This document shows positions 48,516 through 57,104 of a DNA stretch of 64,000 nucleotides, piece after piece. Under the pieces are notes generated by a model. The model did no database searches. It was not told the DNA's origin and saw only the letters and a list, made by a program, of their open reading frames with translations. The stretch lies in NCBI GenBank assembly GCA_963666205.1, contig OY762654.1:2208001-2272000 (forward strand), in the 5' to 3' direction. The position numbers were made by a program, and so were the translations under genes. The DNA comes from Synergistales bacterium. GTDB taxonomy: Bacteria > Synergistota > Synergistia > Synergistales > JAFGMB01. Each line of letters starts with the position of its first letter. Positions within the stretch are counted from its first letter, which is position 1.

Positions 48516-49818
48516 ATAAATTCCTCCTCAGCGAAGTATATCTTCCTGGAGAGTAGGGCTGGTCCGATGGACTGTCCATGAGACCAGCGAGTTTACCCCT
48601 GTCCATGAGATTAAGGATCATATACATTATTTCCTTTCCTCTGAGTAGTCCGAGGCAGCCTCTGGAACAGGAGACTTCGTCAAAGGCTGATACACTGTCT
48701 TTTCGAGTGTACTTTCCTTTCATTACTATGGGAACTGTTTCACCTGAATGGATCATGGTCCCCACACTTGCTGTCGAATGGTCTGAAGTGACAATAAAAA
48801 GGATTTTCTCATCGGGTATTATTTCCTCTAAAACAAATTTGAATGCTTTATCAAGATCCGCTATTGTTCTCTGTTTCAATAAGGGGTCTCTTTTATGGGC
48901 GGCTTCATCCGGGGCCTTTGAATGCACATAGATAAAATCATGATCTTCAGATCCTTTAGCCAGCTTGAGCCTTTCAAGGAGATCTTCGCAAGCATTTCCG
49001 CTATCCTTTGCTTTTATTATGTTCATTCCAAGTATGGAACATAAGCCATGATAAATAGCGCCAGAAGCGATACAAAGAGATCTGAGACCCCATTTTTCTT
49101 CAAAGGGAATGATCTCTCCCAGCTTTCCAGGTCTTTGCAGACCTACTATGTTTACAGCAGGGAGACCTTTTTTCTGTCTTGAGATATTAACAGGGTGTCT
49201 GGAGAGGGTATGGAAACTCCACAAGGTATAGGAATTAACGGCATCAGCTGTTTTTTGTGCAAGTTCCCGGTTGTCAGCATCTTCCCTGGGAAGTACCTTC
49301 ATAATTGGTCTTCCCTCGAAGATGGGATTGGAATCAGTTATCTCATGGGAAGCTCTGCCCTTAAGAAGCAGTATCCCCCCGATACCTCCTGTGGGATGAA
49401 AGGAAAAGTCTATGCCATTGAAGGAGTAGCGAGAGATACTTTCCTGAAGGAGAAGACATTCTTCCCGGTCAAGTTCCATCTTCTCCTTATGAAGAATAAA
49501 GGATTCATCCTGTTCCCTTACCGAAAAGGTTCGTGCAAGTATAGCCACGTCGTCTTCATCCAGAGGAAGGCCTTCTCCTACAGCTTCAATTACCCCTCTA
49601 CCCGGGAACTGGTCCATATCATAACCGAAGATGCTGAAGTGTGCCATTTCACTCGGCATCGCTATTCCCTGCAGAGTACTGTGATACATGCCATTAGCAC
49701 CAAAGGCACTAATGGCATCAAGGTTGGGTGTATGGGCCGCCTGTAGAGGAGTAAGTCCATTCAGTTCTTTTATTCCTTTGTCGCCGAGTCCGTCCAGAAC
49801 AAGTAATATACATCTCAT
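48505..49818 (-). CDS. ApgM-like cofactor-independent phosphoglycerate mutase / alkaline-phosphatase-superfamily phosphotransferase
   Basis: LDGLGD, TPLQAAHTPNLD, PSEMAH, GRGVIEA, HSKAPDEAAH, TSDHST and HSGETVP. Confidence 0.88.
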   Translation of the reverse strand: MRCILLVLDGLGDKGIKELNGLTPLQAAHTPNLDAISAFGANGMYHSTLQGIAMPSEMAHFSIFGYDMDQFPGRGVIEAVGEGLPLDEDDVAILARTFSVREQDESFILHKEKMELDREECLLLQESISRYSFNGIDFSFHPTGGIGGILLLKGRASHEITDSNPIFEGRPIMKVLPREDADNRELAQKTADAVNSYTLWSFHTLSRHPVNISRQKKGLPAVNIVGLQRPGKLGEIIPFEEKWGLRSLCIASGAIYHGLCSILGMNIIKAKDSGNACEDLLERLKLAKGSEDHDFIYVHSKAPDEAAHKRDPLLKQRTIADLDKAFKFVLEEIIPDEKILFIVTSDHSTASVGTMIHSGETVPIVMKGKYTRKDSVSAFDEVSCSRGCLGLLRGKEIMYMILNLMDRGKLAGLMDSPSDQPYSPGRYTSLRRNLYED

Positions 49819-49910
49819 AACAGGATTGTATGATAATATTTCCCCTTTTTAAAGGGGTTAGCCTGATATGGGAAAAGGGGAGGGAAATTACAGTTATAGT
49901 TTCAGTCAGT

Positions 49911-50594
49911 TTAAACCTGTGGCTGCAGGTCCATTGTTCTGTATGGAGTTGCTGGTCGAAGATAAACAGGGTTGGCAGACACATGTGTAAATTCGGTTCC
50001 GTAACGGGCAACAGGAGATGTCCTGCCGGATTTTATGGATCGGATGAAATCATTAACGGAAGTTATTTCATCCATGAAGAAAGTGGCATATCGTCCCACT
50101 TCTTCAATAGTATGAGCGTCACTGCCGCCAAGAGAGGGAAGGCCCATTTCTGCAGCCAGAGAATAGGCCATACTGTTATGGATCGATCTGGTTCTGCCGT
50201 TCATTACCTCAATAGCAGATAATCCCGGAGTATTGATTATGTTGTTGCCCATTCCACGGCCGTTATCCCTGAAGGGATGAGCGCTTACTGTAATTCCTCC
50301 CTGTTCTGAAACTCTACGGATGAGTTCCCTGGCTTTCACATTACGGAAGGGGATATCACTGGTACCAAAAACAATAATGTCACCAAGGTCTGTTAAAATC
50401 TCCACGCCGGGAATTACCAGTAGTCCATATTGGCGGGTAAGATCATCAGCCAGATCGAGTATTCCCATAGATTCATGGTCTGTTATGCATATCCCGTCAA
50501 GACCTGTCTCTCTGGCCTTTAAAACTGCACTTTCGACAGGGAGGGAACTGTCCCTGGAAAATTCGGATGTATGAATATGAGTATCTATTATCAT
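49911..50594 (-). CDS. PHP domain phosphoesterase
   Basis: DTHIHT, ITDH, GVE, AHPFR, IEVMNG and GGSDAH. Confidence 0.9.
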   Translation of the reverse strand: MIIDTHIHTSEFSRDSSLPVESAVLKARETGLDGICITDHESMGILDLADDLTRQYGLLVIPGVEILTDLGDIIVFGTSDIPFRNVKARELIRRVSEQGGITVSAHPFRDNGRGMGNNIINTPGLSAIEVMNGRTRSIHNSMAYSLAAEMGLPSLGGSDAHTIEEVGRYATFFMDEITSVNDFIRSIKSGRTSPVARYGTEFTHVSANPVYLRPATPYRTMDLQPQV

Positions 50595-50753
50595 TAACTT
50601 ATTTCTCCGTATGGTTATATATATTATAACTATACGGAATTATACTTTAGCTGAAGGGAAATTGCAAATAACCCCTAGGGGGGATATCAGTTCCATGAAA
50701 CCTTGTATTTTACAGATAATGTAATAAAAGGTACTTTCAGTAACTGTAAATCG

Positions 50754-50790
50754 TTGACTTGACTTGTTGAAAGTACTATTATCTATAGTA
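50754..50790 (+). promoter_or_regulatory. sigma70 promoter with palindrome over the -10
   Basis: TTGACT-N17-TATTAT; TACTAT-N5-ATAGTA at 50774-50790. Confidence 0.55.
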
Positions 50791-50844
50791 ATACAATAGA
50801 AACGATACACTATTGTAGCATGATAAACAAGGGGGAGAGTGTGT

Positions 50845-51132
50845 ATGGCACTGAAATGGAAGGACGATCTCACTGAGCAGCTTGCGCAGGCAGTTCTAAA
50901 ACTTGAAAATGTGGATGAAGTTTATTCTTTCCTTGAAGATGTAGCTACAATAGGGGAAATCAGGGCGCTTGCCCAGAGACTGGAAGTCGCCCGTCTTCTT
51001 GATGAAGGATATACCTATCCTCAGATAGCTCAGCAGACTGGTGCCAGCACTGCCACCATAAGCAGAGTAAAAAAGTTCCTTGAATACGGGGCAGACGGTT
51101 ACAGGGTTGTTCTCGAAAGACTCAAGAAATAA
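50845..51132 (+). CDS. YerC/YecD family TrpR-related regulator
   Basis: FLEDVAT..E...AQRLEVA and TGASTATISRV...L.YG.DGY. Confidence 0.92.
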   Translation: MALKWKDDLTEQLAQAVLKLENVDEVYSFLEDVATIGEIRALAQRLEVARLLDEGYTYPQIAQQTGASTATISRVKKFLEYGADGYRVVLERLKK

Positions 51133-51168
51133 TTACTTTTGTTTAGAAAATCTGTGATATAGGAGCTA

Positions 51169-51205
51169 AAAAGCGCCATCACGTTCTTGGTGATGGCGCT
51201 TTTAT
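51169..51205 (+). terminator. intrinsic terminator
   Basis: AAAAGCGCCATCAC...GTGATGGCGCTTTT. Confidence 0.75.
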
Positions 51206-51337
51206 CTTTGAATAATTCAGAAAAACTGCTGGAAATCCTTTTCCTGTCATCCAAAGAAGAGGAAATAAAAAATATTGTATATTTCCGTACTTGTTTCTAC
51301 AGGAAAGAGATGTTAATATCCAGCTGGACTATCATAA

Positions 51338-51433
51338 GGCATCCGAGCCCGAAGGCCTAAGGGGTAACCTATGGCTAAGGGACGTCGGGTACTGGCGGAA
51401 ACGACAGTGCCTCCCGTGATTGGAAAGGATTCC
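51338..51433 (+). ncRNA. Moco/Tuco RNA motif (riboswitch candidate)
   Basis: TCCGAGC, tetraloop receptor CCTAAG...TATGG, GAAA-capped stem and GCCTCCCGT...TGGAAAGGA, upstream of tupA. Confidence 0.88.
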
Positions 51434-51526
51434 ATTGTCCATCCTACCAGGATTGGAATATTTCCATGAACTAAAGGTTCGCATTATGACTTCCAAAACT
51501 ATTTATCCCTATTGGAGGTTTCACGT

Positions 51527-52360
51527 ATGCGTAAATCCTTTGTAAGGTTTTTGTTTCTTCTTGTTATTGTTTCCTTTCTGGCAGTTTCGTTTTCTGCCTT
51601 TGCCTCCCCTCCGGTCTTGAGAATGGCGACGACCACCAGTACTGATAATACCGGTCTTCTTGATTTTCTGGCACCTCGGTTCATGAAAGATACAGGGATC
51701 GAGCTTCAGTGGGTATCTGTGGGAACAGGAAAAGCTCTTGAACTGGGGAAAAATTGCGATGTCGATGTTCTCTTGGTCCATGCTCCGGATTCCGAGAAGA
51801 AATATGTTTCTGACGGTTACGGTGTTAACAGAAGAGAGATCATGTTCAATGATTTCGTAATAATAGGTCCTGCCTCAGACCCAGCAGCAGTAAAGGGACT
51901 GGATATCAAGTCGGGTTTCAGCAAAATGGCGAATAAAAAGGTTTTTTTTGCCAGCCGTGGGGATAACTCGGGAACCCATAAAAAAGAATTATCCCTCTGG
52001 GAAGCAGCGGATATGAACGTGCCAGACAGGGAAGAGTGGTATATTCAGACAGGACAGGGAATGCTTAACACCATAAACATAGCTGCAGAGAGGGAAGCCT
52101 ATACAATGACCGACAGGGGTACTTTCATCAAGTATGAGGCTAATCACAAAGGTAATCCTCCCCTGGTTATCCTCATGGAAGGCGATCCCAATCTTAGAAA
52201 TCAGTATAGTGTAATGGCTGTTAATCCAACGAGGAGTGATAGCCTGAAATATGACCTTGCCCTTAAATTTATTGATTGGATCTCTTCCCCCAGGGTTCAG
52301 CAGCAGATAGCTGATTTCAGACTCATGGACAAACAGCTTTTCGTACCAAATGCAAAATGA
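51527..52360 (+). CDS. tupA: tungstate ABC transporter substrate-binding protein
   Basis: ATTTS motif, GTGKAL, VHAP, NDF, SRGDNSGTH and DRGT. Confidence 0.92.
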   Translation: MRKSFVRFLFLLVIVSFLAVSFSAFASPPVLRMATTTSTDNTGLLDFLAPRFMKDTGIELQWVSVGTGKALELGKNCDVDVLLVHAPDSEKKYVSDGYGVNRREIMFNDFVIIGPASDPAAVKGLDIKSGFSKMANKKVFFASRGDNSGTHKKELSLWEAADMNVPDREEWYIQTGQGMLNTINIAAEREAYTMTDRGTFIKYEANHKGNPPLVILMEGDPNLRNQYSVMAVNPTRSDSLKYDLALKFIDWISSPRVQQQIADFRLMDKQLFVPNAK

Positions 52361-52450
52361 TCCGGCGAATCCGATGACGTAAGGCATACTTGAAGGAGCA
52401 CAGTCTGGAAATGACGGGTGCTCCTTTCTTTCTTTTTTTTGAGGTGAAAT

Positions 52451-53146
52451 ATGGATTATATGTCCCATGCTTTCTCTACTGCCTTCAAGCTTCTTTTAAT
52501 GGGCAATGAGGAAACCTATTCAGCCATTTTTGTTACATTGAAGGTTTCTTCCCTGTCCATGCTCTTTACACTTCTGGCGGGTGTTCCCCTTGGTTTTGTT
52601 CTTGGAAGCAAAGACTTTCCCGGAAAACGGATAACCAGAACAATTGTGGATACCTTTCTTGCAATTCCCACAGTAGTTGTAGGCCTTATGGTCTATACTT
52701 TCATTTCCAGAAAAGGGCCTTTGGGCAGTATGGGACTGCTTTTTTCCCTTAAGGGAATAGCAATAGGCCAGTTCATTCTTGCCATGCCTATTGTTATATC
52801 CCTTACCGCAACAGCTGTGGAGAGCCTGGAAGAAAAACTGACCCAGACCCTGATGACCCTTGGTGCACGTAGAAAAGATCTGGTGGCAGGGATCATATGG
52901 GAGGCGCGTTTTGCGGTAATCTCTGCTGCTATTACGGCATATGGGAGAGTGATATCCGAAGTGGGGGTATCAATGATGCTTGGTGGCAATATTAAATGGC
53001 ATACCCGTACGATCACGACCGCCATTGCCCTTGAAACAGGAAAAGGAGAGTTTGCACTTGGCCTGGCATTGGGAATTGTTCTTCTAGCTATTTCTTTTGC
53101 TGTAAATATTATTGCATCTATTATGAGAAGGAGATCCCTTTTATGA
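52451..53146 (+). CDS. tupB: tungstate ABC transporter permease
   Basis: PTVVVGL, SR.GPLG and GRVISEVG.SMMLGGNI...TRTITTAIALET. Confidence 0.92.
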   Translation: MDYMSHAFSTAFKLLLMGNEETYSAIFVTLKVSSLSMLFTLLAGVPLGFVLGSKDFPGKRITRTIVDTFLAIPTVVVGLMVYTFISRKGPLGSMGLLFSLKGIAIGQFILAMPIVISLTATAVESLEEKLTQTLMTLGARRKDLVAGIIWEARFAVISAAITAYGRVISEVGVSMMLGGNIKWHTRTITTAIALETGKGEFALGLALGIVLLAISFAVNIIASIMRRRSLL

Positions 53147-53805
53147 AAAAGATCCTGTATTCCCTCAAGGGAATCCAGCACTATTATTCTGGTAGAGAGG
53201 TGCTTCGCATAGACCATGCTTCCCTTTATAAGGATGAGATAGTTGGTCTGACAGGACCTAACGGATGTGGCAAAAGCACTTTTCTGAGGATCCTGGCCTT
53301 TCTGGAAAATCCGACCTTCGGAGATCTTCAATTTCCTGGAGGCACTGTTGCTGATATGGAGAGCCAGAGGAGGAGGGTGACTTTACTCCTTCAGAATGGA
53401 TGTCTGCTGAAAAGATCAGTAATGGAAAATGTTACTTATGGTCTGAAGATCCGTGGTGTCTCTGTTGAAGAGAGAGAGGACAAAGGTCGAAAAGCTCTGG
53501 AAATGGTGGGCCTTCAACCTGAACAATTCCTCAGAAGAAGATGGTTTGAACTTTCCGGGGGAGAGGCTCAGCGGGTATCTCTTGCAAGCAGGTTAGCATT
53601 AAGTCCTGAAGTCCTTCTGCTGGATGAACCGACTTCAAGTGTAGATTCAGATAGTGCAGAGCTTATTAAACTGGCACTGGAAAGGGCAAGGCATAATTGG
53701 GGCACTTCAATGATAATAGTGAGCCATGATGACCGATGGCTTGATAAAGTCTCAGACAGGATATTCAGACTGGAAAAAGGGGGTCTTGCAGACCTGATCC
53801 GTTAA
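53143..53805 (+). CDS. tupC: tungstate ABC transporter ATP-binding protein
   Basis: GPNGCGKST, LSGGEAQR, LLLDEPT and VSHD. Confidence 0.9.
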   Translation: MKKILYSLKGIQHYYSGREVLRIDHASLYKDEIVGLTGPNGCGKSTFLRILAFLENPTFGDLQFPGGTVADMESQRRRVTLLLQNGCLLKRSVMENVTYGLKIRGVSVEEREDKGRKALEMVGLQPEQFLRRRWFELSGGEAQRVSLASRLALSPEVLLLDEPTSSVDSDSAELIKLALERARHNWGTSMIIVSHDDRWLDKVSDRIFRLEKGGLADLIR

Positions 53806-53840
53806 AGTCAACAGTCCTCTCATAAACTTGTTAAAAAGAG

Positions 53841-53865
53841 AGGGGACAACAAAAGATTGTCCCCT
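53841..53865. terminator. hairpin between convergent genes
   Basis: AGGGGACAA-CAAAAGA-TTGTCCCCT. Confidence 0.55.
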
Positions 53866-53902
53866 GGTTCACTGATCCTGATCTTCTATGGGGTTGGATC
53901 AT

Positions 53903-54346
53903 CTATTCACAGATTCCGGGCTTGTGAACAAGGACATCACAGGGAGCATATCTTACAACCTTTGCTGCCACACTACCTATAAAAAACCTTTCAAGGTTGG
54001 TCATGCCTCGATGCCCTATGAGGATGATCTCGCATTGATCTTCCTCTGCTTTCTTCACTATCTCTTCAGGAGGACTTCCGGTCTTTATTGTCAGAAGATG
54101 GGGGAGATGTGAGTCTGGAAATTTCTGCGTCGTTTCCTTGATCATCTTTAAAAGTCCCTCCTTTATCTTTTCTATATCCGGGACTATCGAATATTCAACA
54201 GAACCTGGGATCGATTGATCCCTATACTCGATAACGTGTATAAAATCCAGTTTATCCAGGCCCATCCTTTGAGCATAACCGAAAGCAAAGGATATAAGGC
54301 AACGACTTATCTGACTGTTGTCAATTGCGACAAGAGCCTTTCGCAT
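53903..54346 (-). CDS. universal stress protein
   Basis: LVAID and IGHRG...RFFIGSVAAKVVRYAPCDVLV. Confidence 0.92.
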   Translation of the reverse strand: MRKALVAIDNSQISRCLISFAFGYAQRMGLDKLDFIHVIEYRDQSIPGSVEYSIVPDIEKIKEGLLKMIKETTQKFPDSHLPHLLTIKTGSPPEEIVKKAEEDQCEIILIGHRGMTNLERFFIGSVAAKVVRYAPCDVLVHKPGICE

Positions 54347-54413
54347 TAATATCTCTCCTCTCTCTTCCTGCAGGACCCGGAAAACAGGGTTTAGAGCATA
54401 AGTAAATCAATGA

Positions 54414-54860
54414 TCACTTTTCTATTTCTTTAGGTCTGTGCACAAGCACATCGCATGGCGCATGTCTTACGACCTTCGCAGCGACGCTTCCAATGAAAAA
54501 CCGTTCAATATTGCTCAATCCCCTGTGTCCGATCATGATGAGCTCATACTTGTTCTTCTCGGCCATTTCAACTATCTCAGCGTAAGGAGTACCTCCTGCC
54601 AAAACCAGTTCGTATGGAATTGAGGATATTCCCGAAGATGCCTGACCCTCTTTGATCATCTCCGATATTTCACTTTTCGTTTTATCCTCGTCAAGATGAG
54701 CCGAGTAATCAACATAGCCAGGTACGGTCATGTCTTTATAGGTCATAACGTGAATGAAATCAAGATGATCCAGCCCTGTGGATTTAGCGTATTGAAAAGC
54801 GAATGCAATCAGAGCCTGACTGATGTCGCTCTGATCTATGGCTACCAAAGCTTTCTTCAT
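54414..54860 (-). CDS. universal stress protein (tandem paralogue)
   Basis: LVAID and IGHRG...RFFIGSVAAKVVRHAPCDVLV. Confidence 0.92.
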   Translation of the reverse strand: MKKALVAIDQSDISQALIAFAFQYAKSTGLDHLDFIHVMTYKDMTVPGYVDYSAHLDEDKTKSEISEMIKEGQASSGISSIPYELVLAGGTPYAEIVEMAEKNKYELIMIGHRGLSNIERFFIGSVAAKVVRHAPCDVLVHRPKEIEK

Positions 54861-54952
54861 ATTTCATCACTCCTTCTTCTGTGTGATGTGCTAATTATAC
54901 ACTGCAAAACAGAGGATGGGAAATATGGAATACAAAATATTCTCATCTTATC

Positions 54953-54990
54953 TTGACATATTTAGGTATTCAGGTATCATAATACCTAAA
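54953..54990 (+). promoter_or_regulatory. promoter with putative Rrf2 operator
   Basis: TTGACA at 54953; inverted repeat TTTAGGTATT-N10-AATACCTAAA (54961-54990). Confidence 0.65.
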
Positions 54991-55002
54991 AGAGGTGAAG
55001 CT

Positions 55003-55416
55003 ATGAATGGAGTTATTCAGATATCTGATGCACTTTCCCTTGCATTGCATGGTATGGGACTTCTGGCTTCTTCGGGTAAAAGAATGAATGTCAGGGAAAT
55101 GGCGGAAAGAATCAACGTTTCCGAGGCGCATCTGGCCAAGGTATTCCAGAGAATAGTGAAGTCCGGACTGGTCTATTCTACCAGGGGGCCATCTGGAGGT
55201 TTTGAACTTACCAGGCCACCTTCTGAAATCAGTCTTTATGAGATATATGAAATTATTGAGGGAGTGCCGGATTCCGGATACTGTCTATTGAAGGTTACTG
55301 AATGTCCCTTCAATTCATGTGTATTCGGAGGAATGATAGAAAGTATGACCAGGGAGTTTACAGATTATCTCAAAAACAGAAATCTTGAAGAACTGATCAG
55401 GAGTGAAGCTGTATGA
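55003..55416 (+). CDS. Rrf2 family regulator with three Cys (Fe-S type)
   Basis: SEAHLAKVFQR, STRGPSGGF, ISLYEIY.IIEG and C..C..C. Confidence 0.92.
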   Translation: MNGVIQISDALSLALHGMGLLASSGKRMNVREMAERINVSEAHLAKVFQRIVKSGLVYSTRGPSGGFELTRPPSEISLYEIYEIIEGVPDSGYCLLKVTECPFNSCVFGGMIESMTREFTDYLKNRNLEELIRSEAV

Positions 55417-56180
55417 GTGTAAAAGTGACAAGGCAGATCATCAGGATAGATGAATCAAAATGTAACGGATGCGGACAGTGTGTAGAAGCATGCCATGAAG
55501 GTGCCATCCGGATGGTTCATGGAAAGGCAAAACTTGTAAGTGATATTTACTGTGATGGACTTGGGGACTGTATAGGGGAGTGTCCTCAGGGAGCCATAAC
55601 TTTCGAGACCAGAGAGGCTGAACCCTACGATGAAAAGGCGGTTCAGCCTCACATGGAGGCAGTAACGGGAATTGACTGTCAATCTGGAGGATGTACAGGG
55701 TCTAAGACAAGGGTTTTGAACAAAGGTAATGAACCGGGAAATTCCTCACCTGTCGTTTCTGAAAATGGGCCAATGGTTTCAGAACTTGGGAACTGGCCGG
55801 TACAACTTAAACTGGTACCTGTAAATGCTCCGTATCTCCAGAGTTCAGATATAGTTTTAGCAGCTGACTGTACAGCCTTTTCTCACGGGAATTTCAATCA
55901 GACTTTCCTCAAAGGCGAAAACATAGTGTGTCTTATCGGTTGTCCCAAACTTGATGATAAAGAATATTACAGAGACAAGATCGCGGAGATCATGGAACTT
56001 AACGAAATCCATTCCATAACTGTTGTTTACATGGAAGTTCCATGTTGTGGAGGAATGGTGCGACTAGTGGAAGCAGCCATAGAAAAGGCAAGATTGGACA
56101 TGGATCTTAAACTTGTCAAAATTGGCATAAAAGGTGATAATTTGGGAGAAAAGATAATACGCTACCGTTATAAACAGTAA
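55413..56180 (+). CDS. 4Fe-4S ferredoxin-domain protein (hcp-associated type)
   Basis: CNGCGQC...CHEGA, CDGLGDC...CP, NWPVQL, ADC, GCPKLD and MEVPCC. Confidence 0.9.
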   Translation: MSVKVTRQIIRIDESKCNGCGQCVEACHEGAIRMVHGKAKLVSDIYCDGLGDCIGECPQGAITFETREAEPYDEKAVQPHMEAVTGIDCQSGGCTGSKTRVLNKGNEPGNSSPVVSENGPMVSELGNWPVQLKLVPVNAPYLQSSDIVLAADCTAFSHGNFNQTFLKGENIVCLIGCPKLDDKEYYRDKIAEIMELNEIHSITVVYMEVPCCGGMVRLVEAAIEKARLDMDLKLVKIGIKGDNLGEKIIRYRYKQ

Positions 56181-56235
56181 GCATTATACCCTGGTATTGT
56201 CTAATATCCAGTCAACTCAAGAGGGAATGAGATAA

Positions 56236-56524
56236 ATGTTCTGTTACCAGTGCGAGCAGACTGCAAAGGGCTCCAGGTGTACTTCCTGGGGTGTTTGTGG
56301 AAAAAGTGCGGAAGTTGCAGATCTTCAGGATCTTCTTATCTGTGTATGACCTGAAGGCCGGATGTATACTGCTTTCCCCGCTCTACCCGGGTATAAGAAA
56401 TATCCGTATAAATCCCACCCTCCCCGCTTTTCTCAGGCCTGAGCTGTTGAATATGTTTCAGGAAAAGCTTAACCTGATGACGGTAACGACACCAGGGGAG
56501 GGCCCTAAAACTATACTTGGATAG
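56236..56524 (+). pseudogene. hcp: hybrid cluster protein (hydroxylamine reductase) with large internal deletion
   Basis: [23 protein letters not shown]...LQDLL is joined out of frame to YDLKA..ILL....GIRNIRINPTLPAFL...ILG*. Confidence 0.9.
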
Positions 56525-56573
56525 CAAACCTTAACTGGCTTTAGTGCATTAGCCTTTGTATGGAGGTATAACC

Positions 56574-56912
56574 ATGGAAAAATATGTTTCTGATGATTCA
56601 ATTAGCGGGAAAGTACTCAGGCTTGGAGATCTAGTCCAGTACCAGCAGGATTCAGTGGTGAGCAGGGCCATCATCCAGGGAGAAAAGGGAACGGTTACGC
56701 TTTTTGCTTTCGACGAGGGGCAGTTTTTAAGTGAGCATAGCGCTCCCTTTGATGTGCTTGTCCAGGTTTTGGAGGGAGAAATGGAGATAAGAATTGGAGA
56801 AGATCCTAATAAAGTGTCTTCTGGAGAAGTCTTGATAATGCCTGCTAATATCCCTCATTCTCTTAAAGCTGTAAAAAAGGTTAAGATGAACCTCGTAATG
56901 ATAAGGTCTTGA
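56574..56912 (+). CDS. cupin domain protein
   Basis: VVSR, TLFAFDEGQ.LSEHSAP and MPANIPHSL. Confidence 0.9.
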   Translation: MEKYVSDDSISGKVLRLGDLVQYQQDSVVSRAIIQGEKGTVTLFAFDEGQFLSEHSAPFDVLVQVLEGEMEIRIGEDPNKVSSGEVLIMPANIPHSLKAVKKVKMNLVMIRS

Positions 56913-56918
56913 GATAGA

Positions 56919-56948
56919 GAAAGGCCCGGGATTCTCCCCGGGCCTTTC
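56919..56948. terminator. bidirectional terminator
   Basis: GAAAGGCCCGGG-ATTCTC-CCCGGGCCTTTC. Confidence 0.72.
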
Positions 56949-56951
56949 AAT

Positions 56952-57089
56952 TTATTTCTCCCTACGGGAGAAAAGAGTGTCGATAATGAATCAGCCAGTA
57001 CAGGCTTTTTCTGTCTTTTCTTCTTTTACGGTGTTTTCAGATTTCTCATTCAGTTTTTCGGCCGTATTTTCTTTTCTCTTCCAGAACAT
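56952..57089 (-). CDS. small protein, candidate selenoprotein (32 aa to UGA; 45 aa with Sec)
   Basis: RBS AGGAGGTG 8 nt before ATG. Reads MFWKRKENTAEKLNEKSENTVKEEKTEKACTG-UGA-FIIDTLFSRREK-TAA, with a hairpin after the UGA. Confidence 0.6.
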
Positions 57090-57104
57090 GGAGCATACAC
57101 CTCC

